The notes under the pieces are model-generated. The model was given only the letters and a program-made list of their open reading frames with translations. It made no database searches and was not told the origin of the DNA. A stretch of 64,000 bases of DNA from Promethearchaeota archaeon (lineage in GTDB: Archaea > Asgardarchaeota > Hermodarchaeia > Hermodarchaeales > Hermodarchaeaceae): the NCBI GenBank assembly GCA_048938385.1, contig JBHLMG010000011.1:11975-75974 (forward strand), in the 5' to 3' direction. Below are positions 49,393 through 58,367 of this stretch, in pieces. Position 1 is the stretch's first letter. Each line of letters starts with the position of its first letter. A program made the translations under genes and the position numbers.

Positions 49393-50673
49393 TTAAAATT
49401 GTTGGATGAACTGCTCAAGAATGGATTCTTCGCTTTGAATATCGGGAGGCGGGCTAGTGAAGGGCTTGAGGGAGACAGGAGTCCCATCCATCCGATTGAC
49501 AGTTCCTCCTACTTCCACACCAGTAAGTGCAGTGGGAATAACGAGTTGGGCTTCGCGGGTTGTCAAGGTAGGATGAGTTGATAAAGCAACGATTGGAAGA
49601 TCACAAAGAGCCTTGGCAACGGGCCCTGGGAGGAGGCTTAAGGCATCCCATCCGACTATGAGGGCTGAGTCGAATTCTCTTTTGAGAAGCCCTTGAAGGG
49701 GAGAGACATGAGCTGCAGGTTTCGATGAAGTGAAATCTATGGCATAGGGGAGTTTAGTTGCCTGTAAACTTGATTTCACGGCTCCGATTGTATTGCAATA
49801 AGTGACCATGGGAAGTGTGACACATTTACGGCCATTATTATTCAGCAATGAAGAAACCTTGGCAAGAAGAGGTAGTGACTTGGAACTATGGGAAGCGTGA
49901 AGTAATCCGCTGCCGTAGAAGAGGGCTATGAAATCAGCTGATCCGAGTTGTTTGACAAAACTTAGAAACTCGATCGCTGGGACCCCCCCAACTTGGGCGG
50001 GTGGAGTTCGTGCGTTACCTTCCAGTTCTGGAATTAATGTCTGGAGAAATTCGATATCACCATCTCCTGGAGAGAGTATTAGTTGGTGATTAGCTAATCG
50101 CATGGATTCGGAATCCCGTATGTCGATAACTGACACAATTCGGCTCTCTCGTCCCTCTGGGATTTTTTCACCTTTCGGAAAGACTGTGTAGCGACTCGCA
50201 TGTCGATGATGGCTTTCTGCAGGGTTAACTCCCCAATAGATAATGTGATCTGCCTGGTTACGCACTTCATCCAATAGTTGCTGGTGCTGGTCACCCCCTT
50301 GAAGGTTTGATTCTAACAACTGTCCATATTCAAAACTCGCCGTACTATCAAAAACGCCCTTCAATTTCTTTGTGAGAGTCAGTCCTAACCGTATTGCTTC
50401 AGTTGGACTATTTGACCAACCAATTAGGAGGGGTTTAGAACTTTCTTTCAGGAGTTTCACTGCCAAATCTATTGTTTTTTGCAATGCATTGCGCTTCTGC
50501 CTTCCTGTGCTAGTTTTGATTAAGGAAGTTTTAAGACGAGATCGACTAGAAAAAGAGCTGCAGTATTCGTGTCCTAGCCTGCAAAGTCCCAAGGATTGTA
50601 ATCCTGATTTCGTTAAAGTGACTGCAACATCATCGCAGACTACTGAGCAACCACAACACACTGTATCCTGCAT
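49393..50673 (-). CDS. fwdB: Formylmethanofuran dehydrogenase subunit B homolog with degenerate active site
   Basis: CCGCSVVCDD..LCRLG, VRNQAD..IYWG.NP..SH.RH.SRY and GVE..GT..RMDG are present. The metal-ligand and catalytic residues are replaced. Confidence 0.85.
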   Translation of the reverse strand: MQDTVCCGCSVVCDDVAVTLTKSGLQSLGLCRLGHEYCSSFSSRSRLKTSLIKTSTGRQKRNALQKTIDLAVKLLKESSKPLLIGWSNSPTEAIRLGLTLTKKLKGVFDSTASFEYGQLLESNLQGGDQHQQLLDEVRNQADHIIYWGVNPAESHHRHASRYTVFPKGEKIPEGRESRIVSVIDIRDSESMRLANHQLILSPGDGDIEFLQTLIPELEGNARTPPAQVGGVPAIEFLSFVKQLGSADFIALFYGSGLLHASHSSKSLPLLAKVSSLLNNNGRKCVTLPMVTYCNTIGAVKSSLQATKLPYAIDFTSSKPAAHVSPLQGLLKREFDSALIVGWDALSLLPGPVAKALCDLPIVALSTHPTLTTREAQLVIPTALTGVEVGGTVNRMDGTPVSLKPFTSPPPDIQSEESILEQFIQQF

Positions 50674-50700
50674 GCTTCATCCCGGTTAGGCTAAGGTTGG

Positions 50701-51168
50701 TTACCAAATTTCAATGGCTTTCACATAGCAGCCCTGCTCGCAAACTCGGCAATTCATCCTCTCAGGGGGAAATCGTCTGCACTTGTCTAGATTGATAATA
50801 TGAGCTATCCCATTTTCTACTTGAAACACTGTAGATCCTGACCTCGCTGCATGACCAGTTGCGGTATTCGGTTCTACTGTTGCATCCACAGGACAAACAA
50901 CAACACAATTGCCACATCCCGTGCATTTTGTGTCATCTAATGATAGGCCGGTTTCCTCAGCAGTTAGAAGGGGTGCAATGAGATCTGTAAGCTCTTTTAA
51001 TTGGTCTGCATATTGATTCTCTTCGTATAATGGTGTACACTCTTTGAGTTCAACTTCACGCAGAGCGAGCCGTGTTGCAAAGGCCATACAAATCATGCCA
51101 CACTTCTTACAATTCGTTTGAGGAAGAAGTTTGTAAACAAGCATGGGATTCAATTTTTGGCCCGCCAT
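50701..51168 (-). CDS. fwdG: FwdG-like Fe-S protein (LPxTNCxxCG Fe-S domain plus 2[4Fe-4S] ferredoxin)
   Basis: LPQTNCKKCGMICMAFA, CTGCGNCVVVCP and C..CRVCEQGC motifs; directly upstream of fwdB. Confidence 0.7.
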   Translation of the reverse strand: MAGQKLNPMLVYKLLPQTNCKKCGMICMAFATRLALREVELKECTPLYEENQYADQLKELTDLIAPLLTAEETGLSLDDTKCTGCGNCVVVCPVDATVEPNTATGHAARSGSTVFQVENGIAHIINLDKCRRFPPERMNCRVCEQGCYVKAIEIW

Positions 51169-51337
51169 ACTATCACATTTTAATTTCTGATATTTTGGTG
51201 CAGCTGCGCCTTTAGCTCTTCGGCAATAACGAAGTAGTGTTTATAATAGCATTTGCCTTCACAATTAAATGAAAAGATTGTAAGGTAAGAAGTGTTAAAG
51301 CACTCGTAAGGGTATCGAAATAAGGTAAAACCATGCG

Positions 51338-53797
51338 GTGACCATGGTGGCGAAACCAAAAAGGACCCCATCCCCCTCAAAAACTTCACAAAAACGCCAT
51401 AAATCGAAGACCAAGAAGCCCCCTCGTATTGCACTTTTTCTTTGCCATTGTGGAAGTAATATCAAGAGTATCATCAACATTGACCAATTGAAACATTATT
51501 ACGAAAAACAACCAAACCTCATCGTCATTGATGACGCCCACTTTTGCGTCGAGCAAGGTCTCAACTTGATTCGTGAAACGATCCAAAAAGAAAAAATTGA
51601 CCGAGTTGTCGTCGCCGCATGCTCACCTCACCTCCATGGCGAGCTTATGAGTCAAACAGTCGAAGAAGCTGGACTAAACCGAGGCCATCTCGCAATTGCG
51701 AATATACGAGAACAGTGTAGCTGGGTTCATTGGGACAGCCCTGAAGCAGCTACCGCCAAGGCTCGGTTAATGATCGATGTTGCTATAAAGCGCGCTGAAC
51801 ACAGCCTTCCTGCCCATTCGATTGAAATTCCGGTTACAAAACGGGTACTAGTGATTGGCGGTGGTATTGCAGGAATCACAGCAGCACTCCAATTGGCTAA
51901 CTCAGGACACGAAATCATTTTAGTCGAACGCAGTGGGTTCCTAGGCGGTCATATGGCTAAATGGGATAAGCTATTTCCCAGCCTTGATTGTAGCCTATGT
52001 ATCCTTGGACCCAAAATGACCGAAGTTGGTACACACCCTAAGATCCAGGTTCTGACACTTAGCGAAGTAACTGAGGTTGAAGGTACTCCTGGTGCTTATC
52101 AGGTCAAAGTCCATCAAAAGCCCCGATATGTAGACCTTGAGACTTGTAATGGATGCAATAAATGCCTAGAAATCTGTCCAATTGAAGAACCCAACGAATA
52201 CAATTACGGGCTGGGTGCCCAAAAAGCCATAATACGACCTTATCCGAGTACAGTACCCCTAGCTCCTTATATTGACATGGAGGCCTGCGTGGGATGTCAA
52301 TCCTGTGTTGGCGTTTGTGAGAAGGAGTCTATCCGGTTCGAAGAGACTGATCAACACCACACCTTCAAAGTCGGTGCAATCGTCGTTGCTACAGGCTTTG
52401 CTCCCTTCGATCCTGATATCCTCCGTGAATACGGGTATGAACGCTATCCGGATGTCATCACGGCTCCAGAACTCGAACGGCTCCTGAACCCGAGTGGACC
52501 CTCACAGGGAGTAGTCATTCGTCCATCTTCAGGGGCTCTCCCTCAACGCGTTGCGTTCGTTCAATGCGTGGGAAGCCGAGATATTCGAATTGGGCGACCA
52601 TATTGTAGTCGCATCTGCTGCACCTACGCACTCAAGGAAGCCGTGCAAATTCGACTAGCCCATCCTGACATAGAAACATATATTTTCTACACCGATATGC
52701 GAACATTTGGAAAAGGGTTTGAGGAATTATACGAGCGGGCAGGAAGCGAACATGGCGTGAACTTCATTCGGGGACGAGTTGCTGAAATTGAAGAAGACCC
52801 GAAAACTAAGCAATTACTTGTCCGAGCTGAGGATACAGAAATTTGTGAACCTATCGAACTACCAGTTGATCTAGTCGTGCTCAGCGTAGGTGTGGATCCC
52901 TCTATTACCAATCCCAAGCTTGCCACAACATTGAATGTTCCATTAGATGAAAATAATTTCTTTTTAGAAAAGCACCCCAAACTTAATCCAACAGGAACTT
53001 ACTCAGCAGGTATTTTTCTTGCTGGAACCTCACAAGGACCAAAAGATATAGCCGATACTGTGAGCCATGCAGGCCTTGCCGCTTCTCAGGTTTCCACGCT
53101 CCTTCACAAGCGAAAGCTCTCATTGGAAGTTCAGGCTCCGGTCCTTGCAAACCCTAACCTATGTGAAAGCTGTCGACTTTGTGAAAGAACTTGTGATGCT
53201 AATGCGATATCTTTTGAGAATTCAAAGGTTCCTGTGATTGATGAACTAGCCTGTACAGGGTGTGGGGCCTGTGTTGCCGCCTGTCCCACTGCTGCCTTAG
53301 ATCTACCAGGTTACACTCGACAACAGCTCATAGCTGCCGTTGATGCAGCCTGTGAAGATAATCCCCTCCAGCCAATCATAATCGGCTTCTTTTGTAATTG
53401 GTGTGCGGATACCGCTGCTGACACCGCGGGGATTAAGCGTATCCGTTATCCACCACAACTCATCCCTATTCGTGTGCCCTGTAGTAGCCGCCTTGATCCT
53501 CTATTGATTCTAGAAGCTTTTAGCCAAGGCGCTGATGGTGTCGCGATTATTGGATGCCATGAAACCGACTGTTTCTATCGAACAGGATTGAAAAAGGCTC
53601 GAACTCGAGTGATGAATCTACAACCACTTTTAGAAGAAATGGGTATCGACCCTGATCGTGTGTTCTTTGGAATGACAGCGGCATCAGAAGGGGGACGGTT
53701 GGCTGAAATGATCACAGATTTTGTAAATGTTATATCTGAGCGCGGTCCTTTAGGCTCGGAAATAACAATCGCTTCAAAGCCACATAAGGGTAACTAG
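51338..53797 (+). CDS. hdrA: Heterodisulfide reductase subunit A fused to MvhD
   Basis: CHCGSNI, AACSP, IREQCSWVH, GGGIAG, CVGSRD..YCSRICC and ferredoxin motifs. C-terminal MvhD motifs FCNWC, RVPCS and GC...DC. Confidence 0.95.
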   Translation: MTMVAKPKRTPSPSKTSQKRHKSKTKKPPRIALFLCHCGSNIKSIINIDQLKHYYEKQPNLIVIDDAHFCVEQGLNLIRETIQKEKIDRVVVAACSPHLHGELMSQTVEEAGLNRGHLAIANIREQCSWVHWDSPEAATAKARLMIDVAIKRAEHSLPAHSIEIPVTKRVLVIGGGIAGITAALQLANSGHEIILVERSGFLGGHMAKWDKLFPSLDCSLCILGPKMTEVGTHPKIQVLTLSEVTEVEGTPGAYQVKVHQKPRYVDLETCNGCNKCLEICPIEEPNEYNYGLGAQKAIIRPYPSTVPLAPYIDMEACVGCQSCVGVCEKESIRFEETDQHHTFKVGAIVVATGFAPFDPDILREYGYERYPDVITAPELERLLNPSGPSQGVVIRPSSGALPQRVAFVQCVGSRDIRIGRPYCSRICCTYALKEAVQIRLAHPDIETYIFYTDMRTFGKGFEELYERAGSEHGVNFIRGRVAEIEEDPKTKQLLVRAEDTEICEPIELPVDLVVLSVGVDPSITNPKLATTLNVPLDENNFFLEKHPKLNPTGTYSAGIFLAGTSQGPKDIADTVSHAGLAASQVSTLLHKRKLSLEVQAPVLANPNLCESCRLCERTCDANAISFENSKVPVIDELACTGCGACVAACPTAALDLPGYTRQQLIAAVDAACEDNPLQPIIIGFFCNWCADTAADTAGIKRIRYPPQLIPIRVPCSSRLDPLLILEAFSQGADGVAIIGCHETDCFYRTGLKKARTRVMNLQPLLEEMGIDPDRVFFGMTAASEGGRLAEMITDFVNVISERGPLGSEITIASKPHKGN

Positions 53798-53827
53798 TAT
53801 ACAATCAGCAAAGTTTTAAACAAATGC

Positions 53828-55552
53828 TTGTGTGGTCAATCTTGTTTCACAGATATTGATGAGTTGTACTGCTTGCGAACGGGCACTGTGAATCTAGTTA
53901 TTGTACTCGCTATTTCGAGTCTTATCCTTAGCGTTATTGCTTTGCCTTTAATTTCACAAACATCAACAATACTCCCTTCTCGAAATTTAGTAACTTCAGA
54001 CCATATCTGGAGTTTAAATTTTGGAGTCAACAACTTTGATGATGCTGCGAATTCTATAATCCACTGTAATGATGGAGGATATCTTCTCGCTGGATCAACT
54101 TGGATTCGTGAAGATCGAGATATCCTCTTACTGCGAATTGATGAGAGTGGTGGAATTCTCTGGAGTAACACCTATGGTGGGGCTGGAGAACAGATAGCTT
54201 CGGAGGTTATTGAATGTGAAACAGGTGGATTTGTTGTTATTGGAACAGACCTCTTCGATGATTCGACATCGGATGTCCTCCTTATTCGAACTAGCGCCAC
54301 TGGAGAAATGATCTGGTCACAAAGATTTGGGGGCAAGATGAACGACCGAGGGTCTTCACTGTTAGAATGTCAAAGCGGGGGTTTTGCTCTAGCTGGAAAT
54401 ACTAACAGCTATGGATTGAACGGGACAAATTATTGGTTGGTTCGAACCGATGCTGATGGGATGGCTTTGTGGAATCGTACTTATGGGGGAAACGATGATG
54501 ATATTAGTCATTCCCTAATCGAAATATCACCTGAAGAGGGGTTTGTCATTGTTGGTTCAACAAAAAGTTTCGGTGCAGGGAACAGTGACGCATGGTTAGT
54601 ACGCACTGATGCCTTAGGGGATGTTTTATGGCAACAAACGATAGGGGGATATAGGCATGATTCATGTCAGAATATCATCCGGAACCAGGATGGAGATTTC
54701 ACCATTATTGGAATTACAGATAACACTCCAAATCTTAACCCCAGCACCTTCGTGATACACTTTTTTGCCAACGGAACCCGAAAATGGGAAACAACATTTT
54801 TTGGAAGTCTTGAAAACAGGGGCTACTCAATCATCGAATGTCGTGATGGAAGCTTTGCAATTACAGGTATAACCCTTAACTGGGATTACAGGGGTGGCAG
54901 CACAAACCTTTGGCTTACGCGATTAGATGCAACTGGCATGCATCAATGGAGCAAGGACTATGGAGGCTATTACAATGATGCAGGGCAAGCACTCGTTCAA
55001 GCGGAAAATGGTGATTTTGTACTTGCAGGTACAACCCGAAGTTATGCCACCGGCGGGTCTGATGCATGGATTTTACGGGTTCCAGACTCAGCACCTCCAA
55101 CGAACTTGGAAGGTGTGTATATCCCGCCAAACTTTCTCCTTATCGCGTTAGGAGCGCTGTTAGGTATCAGCATTCTAATTAGTTCTCTTCTCTTGTATCG
55201 GCAAAGCCGCGAAGAACTTGTCCCTAGATGGGATCCTATTCCTCGCGAAGTGCTATTACAGACCTGCTTTTCACCACGATACATTGAAGATCTTCTACCT
55301 GTCCTAACGGGTCGAATCGCCTGTTCCATCTGTGGAAATCCTAATGATCGTGGAAATTCGACCTGTAACCAATGTGGGGTTGAGTTACATCGATGCTTTA
55401 TTTGCAATGAAACTCTTGGTCCGGAGGATTGCGTGATTTTTTGCCCCAGTTGTTCATCTCTCGCACATCATGAACATACACGACAAGGTTTTGGTGAAGG
55501 GACACCTTGTCCAAAATGTGGACTTTGTTTTCCCACTTCAAAAACATCTTAG
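53828..55552 (+). CDS. 7-bladed beta-propeller + TM + zinc ribbon + RING-like domain protein
   Basis: Seven W-x3-(Y/F)GG...G-F-x2-G repeats, a TM helix, CSIC..CNQC, and CFIC..CPSC..HHEH..CPKC. Confidence 0.8.
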   Translation: MCGQSCFTDIDELYCLRTGTVNLVIVLAISSLILSVIALPLISQTSTILPSRNLVTSDHIWSLNFGVNNFDDAANSIIHCNDGGYLLAGSTWIREDRDILLLRIDESGGILWSNTYGGAGEQIASEVIECETGGFVVIGTDLFDDSTSDVLLIRTSATGEMIWSQRFGGKMNDRGSSLLECQSGGFALAGNTNSYGLNGTNYWLVRTDADGMALWNRTYGGNDDDISHSLIEISPEEGFVIVGSTKSFGAGNSDAWLVRTDALGDVLWQQTIGGYRHDSCQNIIRNQDGDFTIIGITDNTPNLNPSTFVIHFFANGTRKWETTFFGSLENRGYSIIECRDGSFAITGITLNWDYRGGSTNLWLTRLDATGMHQWSKDYGGYYNDAGQALVQAENGDFVLAGTTRSYATGGSDAWILRVPDSAPPTNLEGVYIPPNFLLIALGALLGISILISSLLLYRQSREELVPRWDPIPREVLLQTCFSPRYIEDLLPVLTGRIACSICGNPNDRGNSTCNQCGVELHRCFICNETLGPEDCVIFCPSCSSLAHHEHTRQGFGEGTPCPKCGLCFPTSKTS

Positions 55553-55658
55553 CTTGAAAGACCAGCTTGCCTTATAATCAGAACCTAGGACGGTAACAAG
55601 CATTAAAGGTAAAGATTCGTAAGGCTAGTCAAAGAGTAACGAATTACAGGGATTCTCT

Positions 55659-57152
55659 ATGACTAAAGTACAGCGCGACAAAATCATTGTCGGCGAACGC
55701 CCGAAAGTAACTAGTGAAGTCATCGACGACACAAACATTCAGTACAATTGGATTACCTCACTCCTTAACAAGAACTTAAAGTACGATTTGGCACGTTGCA
55801 TCGGTTGTAGTCTTTGCCTACCATGTCCCTGGGACGCCATTACTTTAGGACCCGTTCAAGAAGTAGCCTCTGGTCGAATGGAGAGCGCGCCACTCATTCT
55901 TATTGATGAAGATAAATGCACCTTCTGTGGACTGTGTGATTCCGCCTGTATCTTCAATGCTATTGAAGCGGAATTCGATGATATACCTGCAAATGTTCAA
56001 TACGCTAGATTAAAGGGTAAGCACCACCTCGATGAGGAGAAGTGTGCCCCCTGTGTACTTTGTGCTAAAATCTGTCCCCGCGATGCAATAACTGTTGAAC
56101 TCAAGGTCACTCCAAAAATAGAGTTAGTTCACTACAAAGACCCTCAGGTTGCACAGAATGTTGCTGATGGAAATCCCGATGCTAAAGGTTCTATCGCAAT
56201 TGATGAAGACAAATGCACCTGGTGCGGCTTATGCGAGTTATTATGTCCTGAATGCATTACGATTTATTGGATTGAAGAGAAACCTAAACCCCCTGATTTT
56301 CATCCAGCAGTTAGTATCCGTGTAGATACTACTCATTGTGATTACTGTGGGCTATGTGAAGTCATCTGCCCTTCAGATGCTGTGAATGTGACCTGCAAGA
56401 GTAGTCCTGCACGCGAGATTAACGAACCCCAAATAGAGGGATCTATGAAAATTGATGATAAACTCTGCGTTGACTGTACTCTTTGCGCACAAAAATGTCC
56501 TTACGAAGCCTTAGAAGTAACCCTACCTCTTACTGGAATAGTAGAAATTCAAAACCTCGAAAAATGCGATCCCACCGGTTGTATTAATTGTTTTAAAATC
56601 TGCCCAACTCAAGCTATCTATCCTTCTGGTGATAAAGATAAGATTGCGATCAACGAGGATATCTGCGTGTTTTGTGGCGCCTGTGAAAATGCTTGCCCTG
56701 AACAAGTGCTTAAGGTGAAACGCGATAGTTATTCCCTTTCCCATTTAGAAAAAGCCCGAGACTGGGAACGCGCCCGGGCCAGACGGTTCTATGATCACTT
56801 GATTGGGCGAGAAGCACCGCGAAGTGATATCTATGAAAGAGAAATTACGGTGGCTACTTCGCAAGATTCAACGGGTGGACTATCCAAGCCTGAACATTGG
56901 AACGAAGAACCGATGATCCGCCAAGTAGCACAAGACCGGATTCGGAAACTTCAAAGTATTATCCAGAAGAATTGGCGCCTCCGACTGCTCTTTGAACGAG
57001 GGCGTGTAGATCCCTTGTGTGCTGCAGTTCGAAACGAGGCTAGCGAGGTTTTGAAGGTTACTGCTAGGAATGTGAAGGGGAACTCACCTTCGGGTTCGAA
57101 CAAAGAGAGCAAACCGAGAAAATCCTCTACCAAACACATCAAAAATACTTAG
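55659..57152 (+). CDS. fwdF: Polyferredoxin, FwdF-like (8 [4Fe-4S] motifs)
   Basis: Eight CxxCxxCxxxC(P)-type motifs; the N-terminal CPWDAITLGP pattern is FwdF-like. Confidence 0.75.
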   Translation: MTKVQRDKIIVGERPKVTSEVIDDTNIQYNWITSLLNKNLKYDLARCIGCSLCLPCPWDAITLGPVQEVASGRMESAPLILIDEDKCTFCGLCDSACIFNAIEAEFDDIPANVQYARLKGKHHLDEEKCAPCVLCAKICPRDAITVELKVTPKIELVHYKDPQVAQNVADGNPDAKGSIAIDEDKCTWCGLCELLCPECITIYWIEEKPKPPDFHPAVSIRVDTTHCDYCGLCEVICPSDAVNVTCKSSPAREINEPQIEGSMKIDDKLCVDCTLCAQKCPYEALEVTLPLTGIVEIQNLEKCDPTGCINCFKICPTQAIYPSGDKDKIAINEDICVFCGACENACPEQVLKVKRDSYSLSHLEKARDWERARARRFYDHLIGREAPRSDIYEREITVATSQDSTGGLSKPEHWNEEPMIRQVAQDRIRKLQSIIQKNWRLRLLFERGRVDPLCAAVRNEASEVLKVTARNVKGNSPSGSNKESKPRKSSTKHIKNT

Positions 57153-57526
57153 GGAAGCTCATGAATTGAAGATATGGGTTCTTTACTGGGTTTAATCATA
57201 ACAATTGTCCCTTGACTCGTAGCAATAGATCCGATGACAGCAAAAGCCCAGGGGCTTGGGTGCATAACGGCTACGCCCTCCGGTTGACTCTCCTTTATTC
57301 GAGCCACAACGACAATTTGCCCCGTTGTCGATTTTACCTCAATATTGCCACCTTCTTTGATGTTCAATCGTTTGGCATCCCCTGGTGCAATTATAATTCG
57401 GGCTGCAACCTCCTGGTATTCTGTTGATAATGTGCCCTGTGCGGCTTGCGCAGAATCAACATCTAGCGCACGGGCAAGAACTAATCGGACTTCGAGATGC
57501 GGGTAAAGGAAATCACGCAGAGCCAT
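57149..57526 (-). CDS. fwdD: FwdD homolog (molybdopterin dinucleotide-binding fold), degenerate
   Basis: EY....A.I.I.P.D..RL.IKEG..IEVKS..GQIVV and PEG....PWA motifs. Confidence 0.78.
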   Translation of the reverse strand: MALRDFLYPHLEVRLVLARALDVDSAQAAQGTLSTEYQEVAARIIIAPGDAKRLNIKEGGNIEVKSTTGQIVVVARIKESQPEGVAVMHPSPWAFAVIGSIATSQGTIVMIKPSKEPISSIHELP

Positions 57527-57662
57527 TACTTGTCGCCTAACCTTTCAGTACAAAGGTTAACCTCATATGTGTTCTCCCTAACCAAAACATAAAGATAATA
57601 AAGTCTGCATCTGCTGCGATTAATCATCGAGAGAAAAGGTCGCTTCTTGGAGACGAACCACA

Positions 57663-58346
57663 GTGGCTTACTACAATGAAGTCATCCGCTCCCCTACGCA
57701 CTACATGACCTACATCTTAATTCTCCTTAACGCAGTGATTTTCATTTTTCAGCAATTTAACGATACAATTACAGACTTATTTGCTATGGTACCTGCTTTG
57801 ATTCTTTCGGGGCAGAATTTGTTTACTCTCATCACAAGCATGTTCTTGCACGGCGATTTCTTGCATCTGCTAATTAACATGTATTTCCTCTACATATTTG
57901 GGAGTGTAGTCGAACATGAAATGCACCCGTTCATCTATCTGAGTGTATACATACTTGCAGGCGTGGTGGGCAGCTTTGGGCATATTCTTATTTCCTATAC
58001 TTTATATTCTGTAGTAAATCCATGGAGTCCTTCCATCCCTACTATTGGGGCATCCGGAGCAATTTTTGGGATTATGGCTGCCTATGCATATCTCCTTCCT
58101 CGGCGCCCAGTTGGTGTTTATGGGTATGGGGGTCGGTCAGTGGCCATTTGGAATATGATTTTCCTCTACTTCGCAATAGAGGTGTTTCAACTCTTCTTCT
58201 CATTTGGTTCGAATATCGCCCATGGTGCTCATGTTTTTGGCTTCATTGGTGGATATGTGATAGCTCTAGTATATCGTTCCCTTCGCGTTCAATCAAACCA
58301 GAAAAAAGCAGGTGCAGAATACGATCCCTATGAGCATTATGTATAA
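57663..58346 (+). CDS. Rhomboid intramembrane serine protease
   Basis: HGDFLHLLINM, GASG and AHVFGF motifs. Confidence 0.93.
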   Translation: MAYYNEVIRSPTHYMTYILILLNAVIFIFQQFNDTITDLFAMVPALILSGQNLFTLITSMFLHGDFLHLLINMYFLYIFGSVVEHEMHPFIYLSVYILAGVVGSFGHILISYTLYSVVNPWSPSIPTIGASGAIFGIMAAYAYLLPRRPVGVYGYGGRSVAIWNMIFLYFAIEVFQLFFSFGSNIAHGAHVFGFIGGYVIALVYRSLRVQSNQKKAGAEYDPYEHYV

Positions 58347-58367
58347 CGAATCAACTGAGGCGTTGGA

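Noticed and set aside
50701-51168. Fragment of cdhE
   Set aside because: It shares only the small LPxTNCxxCG Fe-S domain. The rest is a ferredoxin, and its position before fwdB fits FwdG.
49393-53797. Selenocysteine or pyrrolysine recoding in HdrA, MvhD or FwdB
   Set aside because: The frames are open with no in-frame TGA/TAG. The HdrA/MvhD positions are Cys and the FwdB ligand position is GAA (Glu).
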